Assembly (NCBI GenBank): GCA_963740315.1
Contig: CAVUDP010000004.1
Coordinates: 864,001 to 928,000 of the forward strand
DNA: 64,000 nt
Origin: an uncultured cyanobacterium
GTDB lineage: Bacteria; Cyanobacteriota; Cyanobacteriia; Cyanobacteriales; Nostocaceae
Direction: 5' to 3'
The translations under genes were made by a program, and so were the position numbers. A model generated the notes under the pieces. That model did not search any database. It had not been told where the DNA came from and worked only from the letters and a program-made list of their open reading frames with translations. Below, piece by piece: positions 20,295-30,941 of this stretch. The first letter of the stretch is position 1; each line of letters begins with the position of its first letter.

Positions 20295-20663
20295 ATGAAT
20301 GGAACTTCAAAGCCAAACGAGCAGATACTGAGTGACAGTAAAAACATTCCACAAGAACATAAGCATAATCATACGCACTCAACTCACCCTCACGTCCACA
20401 GCGAAGAGTCTTTACGAAAAATCGTTAATCGGCTATCGCGTATAGAGGGGCATATTAGAGGAATTAAATCTATGGTGCAGCAAAACACTCCTTGTCCCGA
20501 TGTTTTGTTACAAATTGCTGCCGTCAGAGGTGCAATTGATAAGGTAGCGCGGATTGTTTTAGACGAGCATCTAACGGAGTGCGTTGCTAGAGCCGCAAAA
20601 GATGGCAATATTGATGCTGAGATGGAAGAATTAAAGGCGGCTTTAGATAGATTTTTGCCTTAA
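20295..20663 (+). CDS. CsoR/RcnR-family metal-sensing repressor (InrS-like, His-rich N-terminus)
   Basis: HKHNHTHSTHPHVH, RLSRIEGHIRGI, CPDVLLQIAAV, HLTEC. Confidence 0.9.
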   Translation: MNGTSKPNEQILSDSKNIPQEHKHNHTHSTHPHVHSEESLRKIVNRLSRIEGHIRGIKSMVQQNTPCPDVLLQIAAVRGAIDKVARIVLDEHLTECVARAAKDGNIDAEMEELKAALDRFLP

Positions 20664-20709
20664 AGATAATCATGGGTGTCTATATTTATAATAGTTTAGA
20701 TAAATCTCA

Positions 20710-21516
20710 ATGAGTTTGGAAAACTATAGATTTCATTATTGTTTCAGTGGGAATTCGGATAAACCACTGATTCTTTTTTTGCATGGTTTTATGGGAAACA
20801 GTCGCGAATTTGACGAGCCGATATCTTTATTAACTGATGATTTCAATTGTTTAAATATTGACCTTCCCGGACATGGAAAAACCCAGATTTTGGGCGATGA
20901 TGATTGCTATACAATGGCGAAAACTGCTGATGCTTTAATTAATTTATTGGATGAATTAAAAGTTAAGCATTGCTTTTTAGTCGGATATTCAATGGGGGGA
21001 AGGTTAGCTTTATATTTAACACTTCACTTTCCCCGACGTTTCTATAAAGTTATTTTAGAATCCGCTTCTCCTGGTTTATCGAGGGAAAAAGAAAGATTAG
21101 AAAGAGTAAAACGAGATGGACAAATAGCTCGAAAATTAGCAAGAACTGTTGAAAATGATTTTATAATTTTTCTCGACAATTGGTATAATTTACAAATTTT
21201 TGGCAACATTAAAAAGCATCCAGGATTCGATCGCATGATAGAAAATCGCTTACAAAATAATCCTTTGGAATTAGCTAAATCGCTGCGCTTGATGGGTACG
21301 GGAGTTCAACCATCTTTATGGGAAAATTTACAAAATAATCAAGTTCCTTTACTTTTGTTAGTGGGAGAAAAGGATCGCAAATTTATCGATATAAATAGGA
21401 AAATGATTCAAGTTAATCCGTTATGTAAGTTAAAAATAATTGAAAATGCCGCCCACAATATTCATTTGGAGAATACATTGGTATTTGTGAAAAATATTCG
21501 AGATTTTTTTCATTGA
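20710..21516 (+). CDS. menH: SHCHC synthase MenH
   Basis: LHGFMG, DLPGHG, GYSMGGRLAL, ESASPGL, GTGVQPSLW, HNIHLE. Confidence 0.88.
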   Translation: MSLENYRFHYCFSGNSDKPLILFLHGFMGNSREFDEPISLLTDDFNCLNIDLPGHGKTQILGDDDCYTMAKTADALINLLDELKVKHCFLVGYSMGGRLALYLTLHFPRRFYKVILESASPGLSREKERLERVKRDGQIARKLARTVENDFIIFLDNWYNLQIFGNIKKHPGFDRMIENRLQNNPLELAKSLRLMGTGVQPSLWENLQNNQVPLLLLVGEKDRKFIDINRKMIQVNPLCKLKIIENAAHNIHLENTLVFVKNIRDFFH

Positions 21517-21528
21517 AGGTACATAGTT

Positions 21529-21828
21529 GTAGGGTGTGTTGTCGCTACAGCGCAACGCACCTCCAAATTATGTATACGAACTAATATTAAAACGGTGCGT
21601 TAGACGCGAAACAGATACATTCTTTTTTTATCCTAATTATTAATCGCGCCGTAACACACCCTACTGTAGTTAAGATGGTGCGTTAGACGCGAAACAGATA
21701 CATTCTTTTTTTTATCCTAATTATTAATCGCGCTGTAACACACCCTACTGTAGTTAAAACGGTGCGTTAGACGCGAAACAGATATATTTTCTTTAAATCC
21801 AAATTATTAATCGCGCCGTAACACACCC
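21529..21828. repeat. GTAG-type REP followed by three tandem 83-84 bp palindromic units
   Basis: gtagggtgtgtt...aacgcacc at 21529, then ggtgcgttagacgcga...tcgcgccgtaacacaccctac units starting at 21594, 21677 and 21761; related copies near 28422, 41952 and 59933. Confidence 0.85.
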
Positions 21829-21846
21829 GCGCAAGTAACAAACCAA

Positions 21847-22539
21847 TCATTCTTGAACTTTATTTACATTAACGGCATTCAATTCTTCTTTCAAAACTTT
21901 CTGATAAATTCTCGGTAAACTACTACTTACCGAATTAGTTTCTATGCCATATCCCAAACTTGTCCAAGTGGGAGAAAGTGTTTTTAACACCTTATTTATT
22001 TTTCCTTGTCGCAATAACTGAGGAATACTAACTCCCCATTCTTTAGAATCATTCAACCAACTATGAACAACTCTATCTTGATATTCGGGTTCAAAACTAT
22101 AGCTAGCCCAAAACATCATCGGCATTGGCTGTTCGGGATGATAGCGCTGAGCAATTTTATACCAAGTAGTGTTGATAACTTGGTATCTACCAGCAGCTGT
22201 AGAACAATTTCCTTTATTCGGTCCGATGAGAATTGTGACGCATTTTTCCGGATGGCGACTCAAATCGCTAACGTGTTCCCCACGATACAAAATTGAGTAA
22301 GGACGCTTGCTACTAGCTTCACTAGCAGAAATAGTTCGCATCAAAGCACGGATATAAGGATCGCCGCCGGACATGATTAAGGGTGGCTGTCTCTTCTGAA
22401 ATACGGGATCGCTATTCGGTTCTAAACTACCGTGAATATACCACTGAAACATACAGACAAAGGCGAGAAGGGCGGCTACAGGTCCGATAATTTTTTCAAC
22501 GCCTTTGAAATGAAAACCTTTAAAAGTTTGACTCATCAA
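21847..22539 (-). CDS. lambda-lysozyme-like muramidase (GH24/GH104 type) with N-terminal TM segment
   Basis: RALMRTISASE, STAAGRYQ, QD and WTSL motifs. Confidence 0.82.
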   Translation of the reverse strand: MMSQTFKGFHFKGVEKIIGPVAALLAFVCMFQWYIHGSLEPNSDPVFQKRQPPLIMSGGDPYIRALMRTISASEASSKRPYSILYRGEHVSDLSRHPEKCVTILIGPNKGNCSTAAGRYQVINTTWYKIAQRYHPEQPMPMMFWASYSFEPEYQDRVVHSWLNDSKEWGVSIPQLLRQGKINKVLKTLSPTWTSLGYGIETNSVSSSLPRIYQKVLKEELNAVNVNKVQE

Positions 22540-22902
22540 TATTAATTAAAATAGCCACATAACAAATAACAACAAAAATAAATCGAACCATTCCGGCAAT
22601 TAATTAAACCGGATTATCAAACAAGTTCAATTTTAGCAACGATTATTTTTGCGTGACTGCGAGATTTTGTTGAGAGAGATGGGGGGATGGGGAGAGGGGG
22701 AGATGAGAGCTCTTGAGGCTCTTGAGGCTCTTGAGGCAGGGGAAGCAATTAATTATTTATTTTCTATTTTCTTCCTCCGCTTCCTCCGCTCCCTCCGCTC
22801 CCTCCGCAATATCATCTCCTAACTCCGTGAGCTATCCCAATTCCCAATGCCCAACTCCTAACTCTTTTAATCCAAAATCTAAAATCCAAAATCTAAAATC
22901 AA

Positions 22903-23562
22903 TCAAGCTACTGCTGCAAATAATTCTTCAAAACTTTTAGCGGCAGCATCTTCTTTTGAAACAATTTCTACAATTTTGTTATGGGAAGCGGGTTCGGAGA
23001 GTGATTCTACACAAACTTGGGCTACCTTTTGACGGGGAATGCTGCCGTCAAACATTGTATCTGCCGATTGCATGACGATGGGATTGCTGTTGTCTTCGTT
23101 TTTCAATCCACCCGGACGTACTATAGTATATGTTAAACCGCTTTTTTGAATGTATTCCTCTGCTTGTTTCTTCCAAACTAAAATTAACCAAAATAAATTT
23201 AGCGGATGGAATAGCTTGGAAGTACACAACGAAGAAACAAATACAAAATGTTCTATTCCTTTGACTTTGGCAGCATCTACCAAATTTTTCGTACCTTCAT
23301 AATCGACTTTATAAGGTCCGGTGGGGTCGAAACTAGGTGCCGCGCCAGTTGCACACAACAACACAGTGCTATCTCCTAAAGCAGCAGACAACGTTTCTGG
23401 TTTCAACACATCACCTTGCACTAAGTCCACATCAGCAGACAAAATACTTTTAGCTTTTTCAATATCTCTAACTAATGCACGAACCGGAATATTACGCGCC
23501 ATCAACTCTTGCACGATGCGTCTTCCCGTCTCACCTGTTGCCCCTGCTACAAACGCTTTCAT
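22903..23562 (-). CDS. atypical SDR / NAD(P)H-binding protein (Tic62/Ycf39-like)
   Basis: AGATGETG, VDYEGTKNL, TIVRPGGL. Confidence 0.88.
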   Translation of the reverse strand: MKAFVAGATGETGRRIVQELMARNIPVRALVRDIEKAKSILSADVDLVQGDVLKPETLSAALGDSTVLLCATGAAPSFDPTGPYKVDYEGTKNLVDAAKVKGIEHFVFVSSLCTSKLFHPLNLFWLILVWKKQAEEYIQKSGLTYTIVRPGGLKNEDNSNPIVMQSADTMFDGSIPRQKVAQVCVESLSEPASHNKIVEIVSKEDAAAKSFEELFAAVA

Positions 23563-23741
23563 GATAATTCTCTGCCACTGGAAACATATATCATTATTCT
23601 TTCTTCTCTATTGTAGAGATTGAGTGAACTTTATTTCAGATTGTTAATGTTTCGATGAACTTACCTTATTGATGCGAAACATCTCATCTAGGATGGGAAC
23701 TATTATTTTAACCAAACTTTAAAGTATACAGGAATGCACTT

Positions 23742-24407
23742 ATGGTTTCAATCAATCGAGAGTTTAAATATAAAGAAAAAAGGGAAACAATTATATCTGT
23801 AGCATCAACTATATCCGATACCCAAGACGTACCGTCTGGGCTAGATTTAGAGGAACAAACTAAATTTTCTTGTACCTTCAGCGACTGCATGGAGTTGTCT
23901 GCATCAGCCCCAATCGTTGCCGAATATTTGAACAATCACTCTGAATGGTTTACTCGTTGCGCTCAGCCGATGAAAGTGCAGCCTTTAGGGGAGAATGGTT
24001 ATGAATTAGTAATTGGTCGTTTTGGCTCTTTTGGTTACGAGGTAGAGCCAAAAATCGGGTTAGAACTTTTACCTCCCCAAGAAGGTATTTACCGTATTCG
24101 CACTATACCCATTCCCGACTATCAACCTGCTGGTTACGATGTAGATTATCGCGCATCGCTACAGCTAGTCGAAAGCCAAAACGAAGATACTCCCATAACC
24201 CAAGTTGAATGGGAACTGTATCTAAATGTTTACGTTCAATTTCCTAAATTTATTAAACGCCTACCACAATCTTTAATTCAAACTACTGGCGATCGCTTAC
24301 TCAATCAAATCGTTCGTCAGGTATCTCGCCTTTTAACACGCAAAGTTCAAGAAAATTTTCATCAATCTTTAGGCATACCTTTTTCCCACAAATCGAAAAA
24401 AGCATGA
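23742..24407 (+). CDS. conserved cyanobacterial protein (DUF1997-like)
   Basis: WFTRCAQPM...GRFGSFGYEVEPKIGL; LPQSLIQTTGDRLLNQIV. Confidence 0.75.
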   Translation: MVSINREFKYKEKRETIISVASTISDTQDVPSGLDLEEQTKFSCTFSDCMELSASAPIVAEYLNNHSEWFTRCAQPMKVQPLGENGYELVIGRFGSFGYEVEPKIGLELLPPQEGIYRIRTIPIPDYQPAGYDVDYRASLQLVESQNEDTPITQVEWELYLNVYVQFPKFIKRLPQSLIQTTGDRLLNQIVRQVSRLLTRKVQENFHQSLGIPFSHKSKKA

Positions 24408-24609
24408 GAAACCAAGGATGAAGTATGAAGGATGAAATAAATCTACCTTCATTCTTCACACTTCATACCTTATTTAGTAGTCCACCAAGTCAATGCGGAG
24501 TAATCAACCGCAAACCATCGGTGAATTAAAATTGGAAAACGCGCAAATATTTCCTACTCCCTACTCCCTACTCCCCACCTTTACCCGGCAATTTTGGCTT
24601 GCGAGAGTA

Positions 24610-25080
24610 CTAGGCTTTACTAAGAATTTTTTGCACAATTTGCACGCCACTGATAGCTTGGTATGTAAAAAGCCCTAAAATAGTAAAATTTAACAGAATA
24701 TGAGTCATCCGCGCCCAATTTGCTCCTTTTTGCATAAACGGAGATAAAGAAGCGGAAAAACCAATCAAAGCTGTCATACCCAGTCCAATTAATAGATGGG
24801 GACCGACAAATAATTTACCATTGTTAATATAGGTAACAGCCATCCCACCGATGGAACCCGATACCATCAGCGCTAACAATAAAGAGCCAATTTGAAAGTG
24901 CTTGATATTGTACTTTCCTTTAATCAACTCTTTTTTCTCTTCACCCTGAGCGCTTCTAGTACGCTGTACCTTCAACCCTAAGTAAGCAGCATAAAGACTA
25001 CATAACAATAGCGCCCACATTAATACCGGATGAAAAAATTGCATCCAGTATTTAACTTCTGGCGAAAGTTCTAAATTCAT
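24610..25080 (-). CDS. membrane protein (DUF4079-like, cytochrome b561-like His pattern)
   Basis: Four TM helices with His in FHP, KHF, PHL and THI; ATG at 25080 preferred. Confidence 0.78.
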   Translation of the reverse strand: MNLELSPEVKYWMQFFHPVLMWALLLCSLYAAYLGLKVQRTRSAQGEEKKELIKGKYNIKHFQIGSLLLALMVSGSIGGMAVTYINNGKLFVGPHLLIGLGMTALIGFSASLSPFMQKGANWARMTHILLNFTILGLFTYQAISGVQIVQKILSKA

Positions 25081-25297
25081 CGTGTTCTCCCCAATACTGA
25101 AATCTTCATAAAAATTAGCATAGCGCGTCGAGGGAATGGGGAGTAGGGGATGGGAAAATGAAAATGGCAATTGGATGAATAGTTAGGACCACCGGAGTGA
25201 GGAGTTAAGAGTTAGGAATTTTTCAACAACTAACAATTACAACTAACAACTAACAACTAACAACTAACAACTAACCACTAACCACTAACAACTAACA

Positions 25298-26575
25298 ATG
25301 AGCAAAAACAATGCTTCGCTACTAGAAGCGGCTAGAAGTGGCGATATCAAAAGGGTGCAAAATTTTTTAAGTACGGGTGCTTCTGCGAGTGTTAACGATA
25401 AAAATGGCACTACGGCATTGATGTTTGCAGCTAATTCTGGCTATACGGAAATTGTCAGAATACTGATAGATTCGGGCGCAAACATTAATTATCAAAGAAA
25501 ACGTTATGGTTTAACGGCTTTAATGTTGGCAAGCGCTGCAAATCAACTTGACATTGTACGCATATTAATATCAAAAGGTGCGGATATAAATGCGGTTAAT
25601 GAAGATGGCAGTACGGCTTTGATGATAGCGGCTCTCAAAGGTTATAGTCCCATAGTGCAAGCAATAGTTAATGCTGGCGCTACCGTAAATATTAAAGATA
25701 AAGACAATGATACAGCTTTACAATTAGCTGTCAAACAAGGACATTCTGCTGTAGTCGAAACTTTACTCAAAGCAGGTGCCGATCTAAATATCCGGGATGA
25801 AGAAGGCGAAACTTTATTAATGTTAGCCGCCGAAAAAGGACATTTGGCAGTAGTTGAGGCTTTATTAGCTGCAAATATTGATGTAAATGCCAAAAACGAC
25901 GATGGAGAAACGGCGTTATTTATAGCTGTAGCGGAGGGATATACTGCCATCGTGGCGACTTTGGTTAATATTGGTGCCGATGTTAACGTCCAAAATAAAG
26001 ATGCAGAAACACCTTTACATATTGCCGTTGTGGAAGGTTTCACCGATGTTATAGAAATACTTATAAATAGTGGTGCGGATGTTGATACTCGAAATAATTT
26101 AGGCGACACACCTATACTTGTCGCAGCTTTACAGGGATATAGCACCATTGTTAAAGCATTATTAAAACAAGGTGCCGATGTAGAGGGGACATTAGAGGAA
26201 ACGCCATTAACTCTGGCGACATTACAAGGAAACGCCGAAACAGTAAAAGTATTGTTAGAACATGGTGCAAATGCAAATATTCAATTAAAAGATGGGAAAA
26301 CCTTATTAATTGAAGCTGCAAAACGTAATTTTAAAACAATAACCCAAGAATTATTAGCGCATGGTGCGGATATCAATATTAAAGATGGAAATAGCGCTAC
26401 AGCATTAATGTGGGCAACATCGCTAGGTTATCTAAAAATAGTAGAAGTCTTGCTAAAAGCTGGTGCGGAAATGAATTTGAAAAATCGAGGTGGTTATACT
26501 GCCTTAATGCTTGCAGAATTCAACGGTTATCCCAGTATTGTCAAAATGTTGAAAGAGAAGGGAGCGCCTGATTAA
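25298..26575 (+). CDS. ankyrin repeat protein
   Basis: About 12-13 G.T[AP]L..A...G...IV..LL..GAD repeats. Confidence 0.96.
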   Translation: MSKNNASLLEAARSGDIKRVQNFLSTGASASVNDKNGTTALMFAANSGYTEIVRILIDSGANINYQRKRYGLTALMLASAANQLDIVRILISKGADINAVNEDGSTALMIAALKGYSPIVQAIVNAGATVNIKDKDNDTALQLAVKQGHSAVVETLLKAGADLNIRDEEGETLLMLAAEKGHLAVVEALLAANIDVNAKNDDGETALFIAVAEGYTAIVATLVNIGADVNVQNKDAETPLHIAVVEGFTDVIEILINSGADVDTRNNLGDTPILVAALQGYSTIVKALLKQGADVEGTLEETPLTLATLQGNAETVKVLLEHGANANIQLKDGKTLLIEAAKRNFKTITQELLAHGADINIKDGNSATALMWATSLGYLKIVEVLLKAGAEMNLKNRGGYTALMLAEFNGYPSIVKMLKEKGAPD

Positions 26576-26734
26576 TAAGGATGGGGAGACAAGGGGACAA
26601 TCTTTTTTCTGTGCTTCTTTTGCTCCCTCTGCTTCTCTACTCAACTTATTTAAAATATAAAACTCTTCTGAAATTATAGTTATTTTTAATTAAGTATAAG
26701 ATAGTACGAAGAATTTTATACTAGGAATTATTAA

Positions 26735-28399
26735 ATGAACGCCGATCGCAATTTAGGAGCAACTAGAGATTTACCTTTGTATCCTCCTGAAGATATAGAT
26801 TTAGAACTTTTTAATTCTATCCAAGGTCCCGATTACAAAGAAGGGAAACCTGTAAAAGATATGAAACGATTATTTCACAAACAAGTAATCGTTGATGATG
26901 AAACTTTGTTAGATATCGAAACAATTAAAGTACCGGGTTTTATAGGTATTGCAGATGAGGAAATAGTTACCAATCGAGGAAAAAGCGTTTCGGGACATGA
27001 AGATATTGTCCAGTTTCTCGAAGAATACGGTTTGCTAATTTGCACCTATCAGTACAATAAAGACCGTTACGGTAAAGTAATTGATTTACGTTGGAGTCCC
27101 CAAAGTAATTACGAAATCAATGAATTGATGGAAGTTTTCATCAAAAATGAAGGTCATCATTCTGGTGCAATTGTACCAGCAATTAGAGAAGGTGGAACAA
27201 AAGCTTTTGCATCCTTCAACGAACCAGACATTTATCATAATGGATTGTATGGTGAAAGCGGATTTATAGCAGTAGCCCAAAATTTAGTTTTTCCCGAATT
27301 TGTCACGCAACAACAACAAAGGGGTTACACCGACAGCATTATCTGTTGGATGGCTTTGATGAATCCGTTTGTGAAATTTTCTCAAAATGATTTTAACGGA
27401 GGAGATCCAACTCGCGTTATCGATCGCCCTAGTCTCAAAGAATTTCTCACAAATTGCGCTTTAGCTAGTCTTGGTGATGAAAGTGCGATCGCCTTTTTTA
27501 ACGATCCAGATAATAAAGCTTATTGTTCTGAGTTTGTTTATATCAGCATCAATATTCCGGTTTATCCCTTCAATCTCAAAGGTTTAACTTCATTGTTAAA
27601 TGATGAAGCCAAAGCCAGAGAAATCTTAGCAATTCAAGAAAAACAAAATCGCAGACAAGAGAATATTCTTAGCGATCGCAGTAAAAATCCAGAATTTCAA
27701 GCTTTTAACATCCAGATGCCAGTTGTACCGCAGGATTTACCACCTTTGCACGTACTTATGGCAGAAAATGGAATCAACATAGATGAACAAAGCATTCCTT
27801 TTCCACCTTTCGCACTTTCTCAAATATTGCGTCGCGCTTTCCGCACCTTATTACCGCGTCATAATGACGTTAATAACCCTAAAATTATCGAAGCACAAGT
27901 AAAGCTTTTTGGATATCTAGAACCTTTAATTTTAAAACAATTAGAACTTGATAATCCTTATGGTAGAAGGTTTTCAGAAGAAGCAACCGCACAAAGAGAA
28001 GAGAAAATTAAAGGGGTGCAGGAATTTCTCAACTTTACGCGAGATCGATTGCAACAGAATTATGATAACTACGCCGAACTTGATTTTGTAATAGATAAAA
28101 TTATGCAACAAGCGGATGAGTTAGTAGGTGCGAGTGAAGCGAAATATTTTATTCCACCGCGTATTTATATAGATTTGGGACAAAATGACGGTGATGGTAA
28201 CTTACCTCAAGGTTGGGGATTTAAGTTAAATACTTTAGGCGCAATAATTTATCGAGGTGCAATTAAGGATATTGCTGTAACTCCTCAACCGACTCCAGAG
28301 CCACCTCCAGAAATTCCGGAAACTCCTCCGGAGACTCCCGATACTCCGGAAACGCCTCGGGAGAATAATCCCCCGCGTCGAAAATCTGAAATGAGATGA
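26735..28399 (+). CDS. hypothetical protein with Pro-rich C-terminal tail; possible permuted papain-like catalytic pair
   Basis: 554 aa ORF; GHHSGAIV upstream of AYCSEFVY; PETP repeats. Confidence 0.7.
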   Translation: MNADRNLGATRDLPLYPPEDIDLELFNSIQGPDYKEGKPVKDMKRLFHKQVIVDDETLLDIETIKVPGFIGIADEEIVTNRGKSVSGHEDIVQFLEEYGLLICTYQYNKDRYGKVIDLRWSPQSNYEINELMEVFIKNEGHHSGAIVPAIREGGTKAFASFNEPDIYHNGLYGESGFIAVAQNLVFPEFVTQQQQRGYTDSIICWMALMNPFVKFSQNDFNGGDPTRVIDRPSLKEFLTNCALASLGDESAIAFFNDPDNKAYCSEFVYISINIPVYPFNLKGLTSLLNDEAKAREILAIQEKQNRRQENILSDRSKNPEFQAFNIQMPVVPQDLPPLHVLMAENGINIDEQSIPFPPFALSQILRRAFRTLLPRHNDVNNPKIIEAQVKLFGYLEPLILKQLELDNPYGRRFSEEATAQREEKIKGVQEFLNFTRDRLQQNYDNYAELDFVIDKIMQQADELVGASEAKYFIPPRIYIDLGQNDGDGNLPQGWGFKLNTLGAIIYRGAIKDIAVTPQPTPEPPPEIPETPPETPDTPETPRENNPPRRKSEMR

Positions 28400-28636
28400 T
28401 TTTCAGTTAAAAATTATTGCTGTAGGGTGTGTTGTCGCAAAGCGCAACGCACCATTAATTTTATTGCATAACTGAATTTGAGAGACGTAAAAATTTATGA
28501 ATGTCGAAATTATTTCCTTCCTTAAAATTACCTATCTCTTTTTTCTTTCCTCTCCTCAGCGTCTCTGCGGTTTTTTTTTAATCAGTATTTTTTAATCAGT
28601 AATAGATAATTGGCATGAGAAAATATTTAAATAATC

Positions 28637-30537
28637 TTGTCAGCTAACAGGAAACCTAAATTGCTCTTCACCGAATTCTCTCCCATCGCCTTTATTGCCA
28701 CTACTCCTACTGGTGCAAAGAAACTTCAACCAATGAGCCAAAGTAACGCTGCTGCAATATGGGTTCCAGAATCCCTATCTGAAATAAATAACGCACAAAA
28801 ATACAAAGATTCTCTGAAAAACCACGTAGCTAATTTGTGGGATAATCATCAAGCTTTTGTCTTCTGTTTGGCTACAGGTGCCGTAGTTAGATTGATTTCA
28901 CCGTTATTAAAAAACAAATCAACCAATCCAGCAGTAGTGGTAGTAGATGAAACTGGAAAATTCGTTATTAGTTTATGTGGGGGGCATCAAGGTGGTGCCG
29001 ATAAATTAGCAAATTTAATTGCTCTACAACTTGGTGCAACAGCAGTTTTAACAGGTGCTTCCAACGGTTTGGAATTACCTGCGGTGGATATATTGGGTGT
29101 CCCCTTCGGATGGTGTCGCGGTGAAGGTGATTGGAATGCGGTTAGTGCAGCAGTAGCTAAAGGCGAAGATGTAGAAGTAATCCAAGAAGCGGGTTCAACC
29201 TTATGGCAAAATTGTTTACCCGAAGCAAATCCTTTTAAATTCAAAGAATCACCAACCGCAAAAGCTAAAATTTATATAACCCATAAATCTTCTCCCCCCT
29301 CTCCCCCTCTCCCCATCTCCCCATCATCCATTGGCATCCCCGAGTCTTATGGGTAGGAATTGGTTGTGAAAGAAATACATCAAAACAGGTAATTGCAGAT
29401 GCGATCGCTAAAGTATTTCAAGAAAATCAATTCGCACTTTCTTCTATAGCAGGAATCTCTACTATTGATATAAAAGCCGATGAAGTTGGTTTAGTAGAAC
29501 TTTGTCGCGAAAGGAATTTACCTTTTAAAACCTTTTCATCCGAAATTCTCCGCACGATAACAGTACCAAATCCTTCCCAGGTTGTGGAAAAAGAAGTGGG
29601 AACCCCAAGCGTTGCCGAAGCTGCTGCAATTGTCGCTGCTAATCAAACGTCTCTAGAAATACCCAAACAAATTTACCGTCCAACCCAAAATCACGCCACT
29701 TGCTTCAACGGAGGGAACCTCCGCAACGCAGTGGCTCAAAAGGGTGCGGTAACGGTTGCAGTTGCCGCTTCGGAAAAAGAATACATCGGTCGCGAAGGTA
29801 AATTACTCCTTGTAGGAACCGGGCCGGGAAACCTCGACCAAATGACCCCAGCGGCACAAATGGCGGTAGCTAGCGCCGATGCAGTTATTGGTTATAACTT
29901 GTATATCGATCTGATTGCTCCTATCCTCGGAAAACACCAAATCATCGAAGCTTTGCCGATTACCAAAGAACGCGATCGCGCAACTCGTGCAATTGAGTTA
30001 GCTTATTGGGGTTTGACTGTAGCAGTTATATCTTCTGGGGATAGTGGAATTTACGGAATGGCTGGTTTGGTGATGGAAGATTTACAAGCTAGCGGTTGGG
30101 ATGGTAAAAGTCCCAGCGTAGAGGTATTTCCGGGAGTTAGCGCCTTTCAATCGGCTGCGGCGCGAGTCGGTACACCTTTGATGCACGATTTTTGTGCTGT
30201 CAGTTTGAGCGATTTGCTTACCCCTTGGGAGGTAATTGTTAAGCGTTTAGAAGCAGCAGCAGCAGCAGATTTTGTCACCGCTTTATATAATCCCAAATCT
30301 AAAACTCGTACTCAACAGTTAGCTGAAGCTAGAGAAATTTTTCTTAAGCACCGCAATCCCGATACCCCAGTAGCAGTAGTGCGATCGGTTTACCGCGAAG
30401 ACGAACAAATTATTATAACTACTTTAGAGAAATTATTAGATGCGCCAGTCGATATGTTAACTACCGTTTTAATTGGGAATCAAAGCACCCGTAGTTACGG
30501 TGAGTGGATGATAACGCCAAGAGGATATAGGAAATAA
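28637..30537 (+). pseudogene. cobJ: fused CbiG + precorrin-3B C17-methyltransferase (CobJ/CbiH), frameshifted at 29291-29323
   Basis: CbiG N-term ATGAVVR, PAVVVVD, GGHQGGA; the other frame resumes IHWHPRVLWVGIGCE, TIDIKADE, GTPSVAEAAA, then VGTGPG, SSGDSGIYGMAG, HDFCAVSLSDLLTPW, MITPRGY. Confidence 0.88.
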
Positions 30538-30941
30538 GGTCAATATGCAGGGTAATCAAGGTTCTACGTGCCGACTTTAGTCCTCCAGCCCATTGATATT
30601 AGGACTAAAGTCCCAACTACGAACCTCGCTTTCATTAATGCGATCGACTAGTAGATATTCTTCGCCCCAAACTTTCTAAGACGGATTTTGGATTGTTTTG
30701 AGTTTAAATAAAAAACAATCAATTTTAAGGAACAATTTCTCCCCCGTTAATTAAATTACACAATTCGATAACAATCTTCACTCTATAAATAAGCTTGATA
30801 TCGACTGATTTGAGTATTAAGTAAGTGCTTCTAGCCCGAAGCATCTCTTAATACTTATTGAGTTGTTTCTCATTAATCCCTACAATTAGTAAATTAGGAC
30901 ACAACTTTAAGTGACATTATCTGCTTATTAAGGGGGTTAAG

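Noticed and set aside
21594..21828. CRISPR array
   Set aside because: The would-be spacers are near-identical to each other, the period is 83-84 bp, and no cas genes are present; it is a tandem REP-type repeat
21847..22539. Prophage lysis gene
   Set aside because: No phage structural, integrase or holin genes nearby; flanked by housekeeping genes
25642..26148. Antisense ORFs in the track (also 18855, 39444, 42889, 50646, 59246, 62858 and others)
   Set aside because: Shadow frames of well-supported genes on the opposite strand
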